From a virus (taxonomy: Duplodnaviria > Caudoviricetes), in the IMG/VR virus record IMGVR_UViG_3300050336_000170, positions 67,586-131,585 of that record: a stretch of DNA of 64,000 nt; one strand, 5' to 3'. The translations under genes were made by a program, and so were the position numbers. Position 1 is the stretch's first letter. Each line of letters opens with the position of its first letter. Below are positions 1 through 8,781 of this stretch, piece by piece. Below the pieces are notes generated by a model. That model was not told where the DNA came from. It saw nothing but the letters and a program-made list of their open reading frames with translations, and did no database searches.

Positions 1-142
1 TCTGCCTTGCATACCATACCTTTTTTACATTGTGCCAACGAAAACCGCATTCTTTCAAGTTATTGAGAATATCGCTGGATGGCTTCTTTTCAAAAGACAA
101 TTCAACGCCGTTTAATTTCTCATTGATTATCATAGTACACAT
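1..142 (-). CDS. Partial early protein (runs off the window edge)
   Basis: Not in ORF track; read by hand: AGGAG RBS then MCTMIINEKLNGVELSFEKKPSSDILNNLKECGFRWHNVKKVWYARQ; the NGxEL..KP..LK..GFRW..WYA pattern is common in phage/plasmid early proteins. Confidence 0.8.
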   Translation of the reverse strand, partial: MCTMIINEKLNGVELSFEKKPSSDILNNLKECGFRWHNVKKVWYARQ

Positions 143-250
143 AGCAAAATTCTCCTTTTATTATGTATTAATTTATTTTAATTTGTTTTAAACACATTAC
201 AACATACCAGAATTGATATATTGTAAACTGTCTAAAAGACAGTTAGATTT

Positions 251-442
251 TTATCTTATATTTTCTCTTAAAATCATTTGTACTTCGTTAATTCCTTTAG
301 TCCCCCAAATTGAACACATAAAATATACATTATCTAAATTATTCAATTCAAAGGAAATTTTTTGTTTGTCTCCTGATGCTTTGGCATATCTATAGTCCCT
401 TAACGCATTTTGAATAACTTGTTCTCTATCTTTGTTTGTCAT
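251..442 (-). CDS. Small hypothetical early protein
   Basis: 63-aa ORF with AGGAGG RBS, co-oriented with neighbours. Confidence 0.75.
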   Translation of the reverse strand: MTNKDREQVIQNALRDYRYAKASGDKQKISFELNNLDNVYFMCSIWGTKGINEVQMILRENIR

Positions 443-488
443 GTTATTAACCTCCTAAAAATCAAGATAAATATCTGTTTTTATCGGT

Positions 489-665
489 TTATCTTTTCTT
501 TTCAATTACAATATCAAACCTATCCTCACCGAAGAAAAGAGTTAATCCACATTTTCCATCTTCTGTATGCCAATCGACATAATTTTCACCAAGAACAGGC
601 ACAGCAATAAACTTATTGATAATGTCTTTTCTTAATTCGTTTTCGTTATACATTGGATACTTCAT
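489..665 (-). CDS. Small hypothetical early protein (58 aa)
   Basis: Below track cutoff; AGGAG RBS, MKYPMYNENELRKDIINKF...IEKKR. Confidence 0.7.
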   Translation of the reverse strand: MKYPMYNENELRKDIINKFIAVPVLGENYVDWHTEDGKCGLTLFFGEDRFDIVIEKKR

Positions 666-774
666 TTTATATCACTCCTATATAATATATTTTATCTGCT
701 ACCTCTCCCCGCTATTGCAGGGAGAACGCTACAGGGCCTAAAGCGGTTTATACTCGCCCTGACGAGTTATTTTT

Positions 775-1836
775 TTATGCGCTCAATTGCTCCTGTGATT
801 TAAAATATTTGTTATAATCGCTCTGTATAGCCTCTAGTCTTGTTCTAACTGCTTCAGCCTTTGCGCTTCCTGATCCGATTGCATCATTGTATTTGTCGTT
901 ATTTGTTGCGCTTCTCTTGCCATTGTAAAAACTCATTAACCATTCTGCAAATGCACTCAATGAAACATTGTCAGTAAATGACTGTAATGTTATCGGAACA
1001 ATAGAAACAAGATTAGTCCTTGTAAAAATATGCTTTGCTGTTTTCCTCAGTGCCTTCTGTTTATCTTTGTCTTCCTCTTCCTGTTCTGATAATTTCATGA
1101 TATACAAATGAGCATCAGCAATTCGTGTAAATGCACTGTCAATCTCATCTGCCTGTTCTGCTGTGATTTCTGCTGTTTCTATCAATGGGCGAATTTCTTT
1201 TGTTTCAAATGATACATTTGGTATGTTCTGAATTGCCCATGCTTTAATTACAATGTCTTCATTCGTATACTTTGTTAATGCCTTCTCGCTTACTGCTTCG
1301 CTGAATATCGGATGTTTACCAAGTTGCTTGATTGTATCAATGCTTTTTGCCTTGACTCTAGTTAACTCAATAGCTGTTAACGGTTTGCCATTGTTCAACC
1401 TAAAGAACATTTCTGTTATTTCTTCTTCTGTAATGCAGGATTCAAACCAGTAAAAAGTTAAATTATAATCTCTGATTTTGTCTTGAATTTCTTCTGATAG
1501 TTGATCAAAAAACATCTCACCAATATTATCCACATAACCATTATCAAGCGTGATTTCTGGCGTTTCTTCATGCAATGCATATTCGTTATTTAGGAATCCT
1601 TTAATTGCTTCTGATCTTTGCTTACCCTCAATGCAATCATAATTGCCGTTATCGGTCTTAACTGCATAAATCGGCGGTACTGGATAATCAGCGATTAGAC
1701 TATGAATCAACAGAGATTTTCTTTTATTGTCCCATACCAAACCGCGCTGAATTGCATTATCAAATGTCACAGTGCCATTCGTCACCATTTTAGAATATTG
1801 TTTTACAGTGTAGTTATTCGGATGCTTTTTGATCAT
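775..1836 (-). CDS. DUF262 (ParB/Srx-fold, GmrSD N-terminal-like) protein
   Basis: Motifs IQRGLVW, LIHSL..YPVPPIY, IEGKQR, FFRLNNGKPL. Confidence 0.85.
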   Translation of the reverse strand: MIKKHPNNYTVKQYSKMVTNGTVTFDNAIQRGLVWDNKRKSLLIHSLIADYPVPPIYAVKTDNGNYDCIEGKQRSEAIKGFLNNEYALHEETPEITLDNGYVDNIGEMFFDQLSEEIQDKIRDYNLTFYWFESCITEEEITEMFFRLNNGKPLTAIELTRVKAKSIDTIKQLGKHPIFSEAVSEKALTKYTNEDIVIKAWAIQNIPNVSFETKEIRPLIETAEITAEQADEIDSAFTRIADAHLYIMKLSEQEEEDKDKQKALRKTAKHIFTRTNLVSIVPITLQSFTDNVSLSAFAEWLMSFYNGKRSATNNDKYNDAIGSGSAKAEAVRTRLEAIQSDYNKYFKSQEQLSA

Positions 1837-1881
1837 TTGTAAACACTCCTTTTCATTACATTATTTTATTTGATTTGATTA

Positions 1882-2025
1882 TTAGTGCCGTTTGAAATTA
1901 TAACTCTTGATCCGCTTGTTTCGCAGATATGCGTTATATGCCATATAAACGATAAATCTAAACAATATCAAGCATATAAGCACAAACCCAACTTGAAAAA
2001 GTACCTCTAAAAATACTAGAAACAT
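1882..2025 (-). CDS. 47-aa single-pass membrane peptide
   Basis: MFLVFLEVLFQVGFVLICLILFRFIVYMAYNAYLRNKRIKSYNFKRH; AAGGA RBS; TTGTAA-16-TATACT promoter at 2075-2048. Confidence 0.65.
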   Translation of the reverse strand: MFLVFLEVLFQVGFVLICLILFRFIVYMAYNAYLRNKRIKSYNFKRH

Positions 2026-2095
2026 AATTTTGTATCCTTCTTTCATTAGTATAACACTGTTTACGAGTTTTACAATATGCTTTTGCTTTAAATAA

Positions 2096-2296
2096 TTAAC
2101 ATATTTTAGACTTTAATGTTGTGCAATTCAACCGTTTGACTGATTCAATATAAATATAGTCCAGCATGTTTTCAGCTTCGTCTGCCGTGTATCCTTGCAT
2201 CATCAGATAGTATTTAGCATATTCCCTTGGAGTTAATTCCAGATTGACGTTACCGCCGAAATAAGTTGTTTTCATGATTTTATATCTCACTTTCAT
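2096..2296 (-). CDS. Small hypothetical protein
   Basis: ORF track; co-oriented; true start may be the ATG at 2275. Confidence 0.65.
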   Translation of the reverse strand: MKVRYKIMKTTYFGGNVNLELTPREYAKYYLMMQGYTADEAENMLDYIYIESVKRLNCTTLKSKIC

Positions 2297-2400
2297 ATTA
2301 ATATAATTTTTGTTTTTTGGATGCTGTTTGTTCTGTTTGCTGTTTGTATTATATTATATGATTATGTTTTGTTGTATGTTACTTTTATTTAATGTATATG

Positions 2401-2649
2401 TTATTTTTCTTTTCGTCCAAAGCTTAAATTAATTGTATTCATATAAGTATCAATTACCGCATGATAACAATAATATTTATTGCCTTCTTCAATGATATAT
2501 AAATCTCTAAGTGCTATATTGTATATATCGGTCTTATCTGATTTTATATCGTTGTTTGTGTTTAGTATATGGGTAATTACGGTTACTGTTTTGGAATGCC
2601 CTGTGTTTATTTCACGCTGGATATTATCAGATAGATTTACTTTTATCAT
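2401..2649 (-). CDS. Hypothetical protein
   Basis: 82-aa ORF with AGGAG RBS. Confidence 0.75.
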   Translation of the reverse strand: MIKVNLSDNIQREINTGHSKTVTVITHILNTNNDIKSDKTDIYNIALRDLYIIEEGNKYYCYHAVIDTYMNTINLSFGRKEK

Positions 2650-2830
2650 GTTATTACACTCCTATGTTATTTATTTTGATTTGATTATTACTACTTAATA
2701 CGCTTTACAATGTATTATAGTTGATATGATATAACACATTGTAAAAGGCATTAAGCCTTTTATGTTAAAAAATAATCTTCGTCATGTTTATACCTTCTTT
2801 CAATCAAGACAAAATCACCGTTTTATAGTG

Positions 2831-3412
2831 CTAAGCCTTCAAATATTCGCCATCTTCGATATAATCCGCTTTAATGTCTTTTAGTTCATCGATTTTATTT
2901 TTCAATTCAGATATTGATACATTTATCATAATAGGCCGGATAAACTTTTTAATTAAATCATCTCTGTGTTTACATGATTCTTCATTATCGCCCCACATAT
3001 AATGCATAATTTGATCGTCTGACATGTTTGATATTTCATTGTTTAATGCCTTTATTACCTTATTTTTGTCACGTTCTGTTAGTGTTGAATTCGCCCATAC
3101 ATCATCGAATATATGGTTCTCTTCTGTTATTTCATATATCGCTTCACGGATCATATTATTATCAATAAACCAATTTTCGTTATATTTTTCAGGCGATATC
3201 ATTTCAATATTTGGATACTTTTGCTTGAATTCTTCGGCATATTCTTTACTTATAAAGAAATAACCTAATTCAATATACTCATGGTTGTTGTACTCTTCAA
3301 GTAGCTTATCTCCGTATTCAGTAATAATGTTTGTGTCCTCTATAAAATCTTTTCTGTTAATTTCCTTATGAAAATCATAAATAAAAGTTTTGTTTACTAA
3401 AAGATTTGACAT
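2831..3412 (-). CDS. Hypothetical acidic protein
   Basis: ORF track; start moved to ATG 3412 behind AAGGAG. Confidence 0.8.
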   Translation of the reverse strand: MSNLLVNKTFIYDFHKEINRKDFIEDTNIITEYGDKLLEEYNNHEYIELGYFFISKEYAEEFKQKYPNIEMISPEKYNENWFIDNNMIREAIYEITEENHIFDDVWANSTLTERDKNKVIKALNNEISNMSDDQIMHYMWGDNEESCKHRDDLIKKFIRPIMINVSISELKNKIDELKDIKADYIEDGEYLKA

Positions 3413-3471
3413 TGTAAAAACTCCTTCAATCAAATTTTGTTACTGTTTTGTAATGCAACCAATACACGGTT

Positions 3472-3618
3472 TTATTGTGCGGATTTTAATTTTACTTCTA
3501 AAGCTTTTATTTGTTTATTATAATTATCTATCTTATTTTTATCTGTTTCTGTTTTTATTTTCTCTTTATAATACTCGATTGCTACACTTAAGAATTCTTT
3601 ATCAACATATTTATACAT
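3472..3618 (-). CDS. 48-aa coiled-coil peptide
   Basis: AAGGAG RBS; MYKYVDKEFLSVAIEYYKEKIKTETDKNKIDNYNKQIKALEVKLKSAQ; stop codon lies inside the 3458 site. Confidence 0.7.
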   Translation of the reverse strand: MYKYVDKEFLSVAIEYYKEKIKTETDKNKIDNYNKQIKALEVKLKSAQ

Positions 3619-3656
3619 CTTAATTTTACTCCTTTAATCAAGATAAAACTAATATT

Positions 3657-4010
3657 TCATATGGATTCTATTACTTTTTCTTTCAATATTTGATATCTGC
3701 GAATTGTGTCTTTTTCTTTTGTTCTATTAATCTTAAACGCTTTTGAATAATTAGGAATATTGGGTAAATATTGTTCTTTGGTTAAATCAATTATTTCACC
3801 ATTAACAACATTATAGTTATGATGTTCATGTTTAATCCTGTATATATCTCCTCCAAAGAAGTCTTGAACAATCATAGCTGTTATCATACAGTGACCATAT
3901 GTCGGATTGTCTTTACTCCAGTTAGCTTGATAGTTTTTATGTGCTGTTTGTGCGCTGTATGCTTGCCTTAACTTATTATCAAGTTCTTCTATAGTCATAG
4001 GCATTACCAT
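3657..4010 (-). CDS. YunG-like protein (Cys-His-Asp, transglutaminase-like)
   Basis: NPTYGHCMITAMIVQDFFGGDI...HNYN...IIDLT. Confidence 0.65.
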   Translation of the reverse strand: MVMPMTIEELDNKLRQAYSAQTAHKNYQANWSKDNPTYGHCMITAMIVQDFFGGDIYRIKHEHHNYNVVNGEIIDLTKEQYLPNIPNYSKAFKINRTKEKDTIRRYQILKEKVIESI

Positions 4011-4375
4011 TTTCTTGTATTCTGTTTTGCTTCGCGTTCTGCTTTTTTCTTATCCTCATATGCTTGTTCTGATTTTGTTAACTTCATTTCTAAAGGTACA
4101 ATGATCATAGATGATATATTGTTTTCACATTCTTTAATTTTGTCCGCTAATTGTTCAGCCGTGTAAAGTTTTGCTAAATATATTTTACTGTCTCTTAACG
4201 CAAGTTTATAATTGTTAATCCATTCTTGTGTATCTCTTACATATGACTTCTTTTTCTTTTCTGCCGCTCCGTATGTTTCGTGACAGGAAACACAACTGTC
4301 ACCATACATAAAAGCATATCTGTAAACATGACTTGTGCTAGTTCTGATTTGTTTTCCGTTATAGAAAAATTTCAT
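4004..4375 (-). CDS. Hypothetical protein
   Basis: 123-aa ORF with GAGGT RBS. Confidence 0.75.
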   Translation of the reverse strand: MKFFYNGKQIRTSTSHVYRYAFMYGDSCVSCHETYGAAEKKKKSYVRDTQEWINNYKLALRDSKIYLAKLYTAEQLADKIKECENNISSMIIVPLEMKLTKSEQAYEDKKKAEREAKQNTRKW

Positions 4376-4466
4376 ATTATATTACCTCACATTAATGTTA
4401 TTATTGCTCATACTCAAAACAAATTGACTTTGTTTCAAGTATCGGCAATAATCTGCCGATATTTTG

Positions 4467-4724
4467 TTATTTGTTTTTATCTTCCCAAAACGGAGTATAC
4501 GCAAAAGGAATGTCATACCACAAAACATGATCAATATTATCCTTGAATGTTTTTACATTCTGCTTAAATTCGTATTCATTGACAAGTTTATCGGAAATTG
4601 AATTTTTACGTAAATATAAATCGCTCTGCCAATTTGAAATATCTGATTCTTGCATTAGTTCTTTAGCTAATCCGTAAATATCCTTTTTTGATTCTTTGAT
4701 GTGATTATCCATGTTGTTATTCAT
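4467..4724 (-). CDS. Hypothetical protein
   Basis: 85-aa ORF with AAGGAG RBS. Confidence 0.75.
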   Translation of the reverse strand: MNNNMDNHIKESKKDIYGLAKELMQESDISNWQSDLYLRKNSISDKLVNEYEFKQNVKTFKDNIDHVLWYDIPFAYTPFWEDKNK

Positions 4725-4730
4725 TTTGTT

Positions 4731-4877
4731 TTACTCCTTATTAATAGAATAGTCCATTGCCATATCATGAAAAATATGCCCGTTATCGTCTTTAAGTTTT
4801 AACCATATAAAACCATGTTCATAATATGAATTGAGAACAATATATTTTTTGTCTTGCTTGTAAACTATTTCCTCCAT
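4731..4877 (-). CDS. 48-aa hypothetical protein
   Basis: Below cutoff; GGAG RBS; MEEIVYKQDKKYIVLNSYYEHGFIWLKLKDDNGHIFHD... Confidence 0.65.
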   Translation of the reverse strand: MEEIVYKQDKKYIVLNSYYEHGFIWLKLKDDNGHIFHDMAMDYSINKE

Positions 4878-4923
4878 TTAATTACTCCATTCTTAAATTA
4901 TTGTGGACAAAATTACCATTTGA

Positions 4924-5139
4924 TTAAGCATTTACATATTGATTATTATCAATTTTTTCTCTGTGCTTTTCAAGTCTAACAGAGCCTTGTATATTGTCTC
5001 TGTATTCTTTATAACTTCTTTTTGCGTCTTTCAATGTGTATTCGCTGTTTTCACATTCCCATCTATAGCCGTAATTAGTCATGATATCCCATCTGTCTAT
5101 TGTTTTACGTTTATATGTTGCTATTGTTATAACCTCCAT
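4924..5139 (-). CDS. Hypothetical protein
   Basis: 71-aa ORF translationally coupled to upstream gene. Confidence 0.7.
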   Translation of the reverse strand: MEVITIATYKRKTIDRWDIMTNYGYRWECENSEYTLKDAKRSYKEYRDNIQGSVRLEKHREKIDNNQYVNA

Positions 5140-5570
5140 TAATAAATATTATAGTCTGCCCTTTCTGCTAACCATTCTTTAAAGTCATAAAAATCGCCTA
5201 TTGGATTAGAATGCATACCATTTTTTGAGGATTGTTCAATAATCATGTTATGCGCTCCAACGTCAGAAGCTATATATTTAATGGCTTTATATTGTTCCTT
5301 TGTTGGCAGCTTGTAAAATTCAATACAATTTGACTCAGGCATAACTCTAATGTTGCCACGCTTCATAAATTTAACCATTTGTTTAGTTGTTACTGCATAT
5401 TCTGAAGGATCATATTTAAAGAATTGACAAACATTTCTATGATCCTGCGTCCTTCCCATGCCTCTACCTTCTGAATAATCTAATAATTGACCGTCGGGCA
5501 GAATATAACCAGCATCATAAAAACTATCTGTTATACCGTATTCTTTAATTGCTTTTTCTTCGATAGTCAT
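5139..5570 (-). CDS. Conserved-looking phage protein
   Basis: 143 aa; AGYILPDGxLLD...DHR...GNIR motif; AAGG RBS. Confidence 0.75.
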   Translation of the reverse strand: MTIEEKAIKEYGITDSFYDAGYILPDGQLLDYSEGRGMGRTQDHRNVCQFFKYDPSEYAVTTKQMVKFMKRGNIRVMPESNCIEFYKLPTKEQYKAIKYIASDVGAHNMIIEQSSKNGMHSNPIGDFYDFKEWLAERADYNIY

Positions 5571-5699
5571 TATATTAACCTTCTTTCATTATAATTTAAT
5601 TCAATTTAGTATTCATCAATGCATACAATACCGATTGTTTTGATTAGCTATTGTTTACAATGGATTGTATGCATTAGTTTAGACTAAATTAGTTGTTAT

Positions 5700-5852
5700 T
5701 TATTTCTCTATAACATTATCAATGATATAAACATCATGTCTATAACAGTCTCTAAAATCGCTTTTAGCTCCATTTTCTGTTAATGCAGTAAAAGTATCAT
5801 GTCCCTTTGTTCCGTTACTACGTGTAAAATAAACGATATAATCTTTTAACAT
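5700..5852 (-). CDS. 50-aa hypothetical protein
   Basis: Below cutoff; AGGAG RBS; MLKDYIVYFTRSNGTKGHDTFTALTENGAKSDFRDCYRHD... Confidence 0.7.
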   Translation of the reverse strand: MLKDYIVYFTRSNGTKGHDTFTALTENGAKSDFRDCYRHDVYIIDNVIEK

Positions 5853-5948
5853 TGTTATTCACTCCTATAAAATGTTTATTTGGTGGGTTTAGATTGTTTT
5901 AATGCTCATTACTGCACACGATTGTAAAATCATATCAGTTTATCAACA

Positions 5949-7199
5949 TTAAAATACTTTACAGCGCGTTAGCTCCGTTTGCTTTTCGCCATTGTATTCT
6001 TTATGCTCTTTGATAGTTCCCTTGATATTAGTGAATGATTCGATTGCAGGATATTCGCCCTTGCTATTTTCAACATGACTTTTATTTGTACGCCACACAT
6101 ACACAGCACCGTTAGAATCAATTATTTTGAATATATGAGTTATTCCGTATTGCGTTTCATAGTGTGCGATATGCGTAATTGTAACGGCTTGTAATGATAT
6201 CTTATCGCCTACTTTGCCAACATAATTACTTTTAGGTTGATTTGCTTTTTCTGCTTCTCTTGCTATTCTATCAGCTTCTTTTTCCATTGCTTTGAAGTAT
6301 GCTGAAGGAAGACTAACCAAAATACCAATGTCACGCCATTCGCAATATTGATTGCTTACAGATACTTTTAGATTATTCAAGTATTGATTGTCTGCACTTT
6401 GACTTTTTGCCCATTCAACCATTGTATTGACTTCTGCTTTGTTTTTGTCGTTGTCTATGGTTTTTAGGTTAATCCCGTATTTCTGAATTTTTTCATGTGC
6501 AAGTTGAGAATCAGGATTGAACATTAGTTCTTTTACAATTTCACTTGTTGGCATTGTATAAAGCTCTTCGGCTTTGCTCTTTGAAACAAATCCAGCCTTT
6601 TTGACTACTTCATTAGCCATTAACAAAACGTCTAATACGTCAATGTAATGCCGTGTAAAGCCTCCTAAACTTTCATGATCATTTAATTCAGCGATTGTAT
6701 TAAAGTAGCTTGCAAAGCTTGCAGCCATTTCAGCGGATAAACCGCTAGTGTAATCTTGCAAGCATGATTTACCTACTTGCTTTATCTCATTGGTAACGGT
6801 ATTAAGAATAAGATAAGAATCTTTACGATATCTGTCAATATTGCAATGATCACAATGAGCGGAAACGGTTTTATACTTATCAGGTATTGCAATTTCAGAA
6901 TATGAGCGAATAATGTTTCCTGCTTCGGTATGCTCAATGGTAGCAAGAAATCGCCAGTTATTAATGATTGCTTTTCCTTCAACTTCGATGATAACAAAAC
7001 GTTCTAATTTTTCAAAAGTCTTTGCAAGTTGTCTTTGACCGTATGCACCTTCAATTTCTTTGTAGTGCTGAAGGTTTTTAAACTCTTCGCCTACTTCGGC
7101 ATATGAGAAGGTGCAGCCGTATTTATTGCACTTGTTTTCGATACGGTGAAGCTTTTCTATTAACTTCGGTAAATTGTCTTCATGAATTGAGTATTGCAT
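5949..7199 (-). CDS. Phage protein with Cys motifs and C-terminal OB-fold-like domain
   Basis: CDHC...VGKSC motif; C-terminal GKVGDKI...ETQYG...KGTIKEHKEYNGEKQTELTRCK; GGAGG RBS. Confidence 0.75.
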   Translation of the reverse strand: MQYSIHEDNLPKLIEKLHRIENKCNKYGCTFSYAEVGEEFKNLQHYKEIEGAYGQRQLAKTFEKLERFVIIEVEGKAIINNWRFLATIEHTEAGNIIRSYSEIAIPDKYKTVSAHCDHCNIDRYRKDSYLILNTVTNEIKQVGKSCLQDYTSGLSAEMAASFASYFNTIAELNDHESLGGFTRHYIDVLDVLLMANEVVKKAGFVSKSKAEELYTMPTSEIVKELMFNPDSQLAHEKIQKYGINLKTIDNDKNKAEVNTMVEWAKSQSADNQYLNNLKVSVSNQYCEWRDIGILVSLPSAYFKAMEKEADRIAREAEKANQPKSNYVGKVGDKISLQAVTITHIAHYETQYGITHIFKIIDSNGAVYVWRTNKSHVENSKGEYPAIESFTNIKGTIKEHKEYNGEKQTELTRCKVF

Positions 7200-7319
7200 A
7201 ATACAACCTCCATTTATAATAGTATAGTGTGATTAATTACTAAAGTCAAAGCACAAAACACGGTTAAATGTCTTGTGCTTATCTTTTAAGAGTTAATCTA
7301 ATTTTAATTGCTTTGATAC

Positions 7320-7580
7320 TGCTGATTGATAATGTCCGTCTTCCGTATCGTTCAATGTGGTATTACTGCCTTAAATAGCTAGATAGCACACTGTCAACGG
7401 ATATCTGGTCATAGCTGATTCTCCATGCATCAGGCCATAAGCCAAACATTAAGATGCATAGTCAGTGCTAACACTGGCAGTCAGATAACGCGCATAGACT
7501 CGTCACACGCGCTATGCTTGGAGCATATCTAGGACAATTCCTAGCAATGGCAAGACATAGAGAAAATATCAATTGTCAAT
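7320..7580 (-). ncRNA. Candidate structured leader RNA of the leftward operon
   Basis: GC-richer ORF-free stretch with consecutive helices on the minus strand (CTAGGA/TCCTAG, TATGCT/AGCATA, GCGCGT/ATGCGC, CAGTG/CACTG, ATGCATC/GATGCAT) just downstream of a promoter. Confidence 0.5.
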
Positions 7581-7583
7581 ACT

Positions 7584-7612
7584 ATAATACGCTTATCAAG
7601 GTCATTTTGCAA
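7584..7612 (-). promoter_or_regulatory. SigA-type promoter of leftward early operon
   Basis: TTGCAA-17-TATTAT on minus strand. Confidence 0.6.
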
Positions 7613-7932
7613 TAGTATTTACTTTATTTAAGTTATATATTAGTATGGTAATATGACTGAATAATAGCTGTATTATATATGTATATTGACAGTATACAAT
7701 GAGTAATTAAAGCTAATGTGTGAATGGGTTGATGTGAGGATGATTGATTGTAGGATGATGACAGAATTGATTTTAAGGCGTCTAGAAGGCCGTGAGAGCG
7801 ATTATTTTTACATGGTAGTATTATCACTCATGGATTAATTAAACTTAATGTAGAGAGAAAGTGAGTGAATCAGTGTGATGCAAATATGGGATTAATGATT
7901 AGAGGACAGATGAAGGACGGAGCATAGAATCA

Positions 7933-8034
7933 ATCGATAAACTTTTTAGATTTTTTATCGATATAATTTTATATATCTTTATCGATATAGTTTCTGAATT
8001 TTATATCGATACATTCTGTAGTTTTTATATCGAT
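7933..8034. repeat. Five ATCGAT palindromes at exact 24-bp spacing
   Basis: Cores start at 7933, 7957, 7981, 8005, 8029, mostly as TATCGATA in T-rich context. Confidence 0.9.
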
Positions 8035-8148
8035 ATATCTTTACTGATTATATTATCAAAACAGCGGATCAAGCGAACGCATATAGTTGTAACTTGCAAC
8101 TATTTTAAATTGCAACTAATAATCAATAATCAGGCCGACAATATACCG

Positions 8149-8280
8149 ATAAAATCATCATTTCATGTCTACTATAGCAGTATGAATAGTATAAAACCAT
8201 TGCAATTACTGGACTAATCGGCTTAAATGTCCGATACCTATAAAACACGACATTTCTAAATCCTTGCAAATACAAGGTTT
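8149..8280. repeat. Cluster of 6-bp-spacer inverted repeats upstream of the recombinase
   Basis: 8149 ATAAAA-TCATCA-TTTCAT; 8240 ATAAAA-CACGAC-ATTTCT; 8262 CCTTG-CAAATA-CAAGG; related CCATTGCAATTACTGG at 8197. Confidence 0.55.
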
Positions 8281-8709
8281 TTTCGTGGTATGGGGGCATA
8301 GTTTACATTTTTTGATCCTTCATTTTCGGCTGGATATCCCCTAGTACATCCAGTCCTAAGACAGCAATATTTCCATCGAGCGAATCGACTATAAACCAAT
8401 AATCCAATCACCTAACCACCCACCAAATACCCAAAACAATTCGGTACAAACTTCGATAAAACTCCCTAACCTCAACACTATTAACCAGATCACAAACCAA
8501 CTAAATTTATAAGTAACAATAAATTACAAACATCACAATCAATTAGAATCATTGAAAATACTATATTTTTACCGATAATGACCTATATTACACAAAACAC
8601 AAACAAAATAAATACATTCAACAAATCCAATAAACAACCAAGATAACCGCTATCCACTATCTACCCACTATCTATTCATAAATTATTTAAAATTATTTCT
8701 CTATACCTA

Positions 8710-8738
8710 TTGACATTAGTGGTAATATTTGATACAAT
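8710..8738 (+). promoter_or_regulatory. SigA promoter of recombinase gene
   Basis: TTGACA-17-TACAAT. Confidence 0.8.
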
Positions 8739-8781
8739 GAGATTGTAAAGAAATGCAATTATCGAAAGGAGCAACAAAACA

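Larger units (their letters stand above)
467..5884. repeat. Dispersed 6-6-6 inverted-repeat sites (consensus ATAAAA-N6-TTTTAT) between early genes
   Basis: 467 ATAAAT-ATCTGT-TTTTAT; 2809 ACAAAA-TCACCG-TTTTAT; 3458 ACCAAT-ACACGG-TTTTAT; 3643 ATAAAA-CTAATA-TTTCAT; 4907 ACAAAA-TTACCA-TTTGAT; 5867 ATAAAA-TGTTTA-TTTGGT; three are preceded by ATCAAG. Confidence 0.7.

Noticed and set aside
4417-5767. Extra 6-6-6 sites at ~4417 and ~5752
   Set aside because: Spacers are 5 and 4 bp; the second lies inside a coding sequence
7933-8034. CRISPR array
   Set aside because: Only a 6-8-bp core repeats with ~16-18-bp linkers; no 23-47-bp repeats and no cas genes
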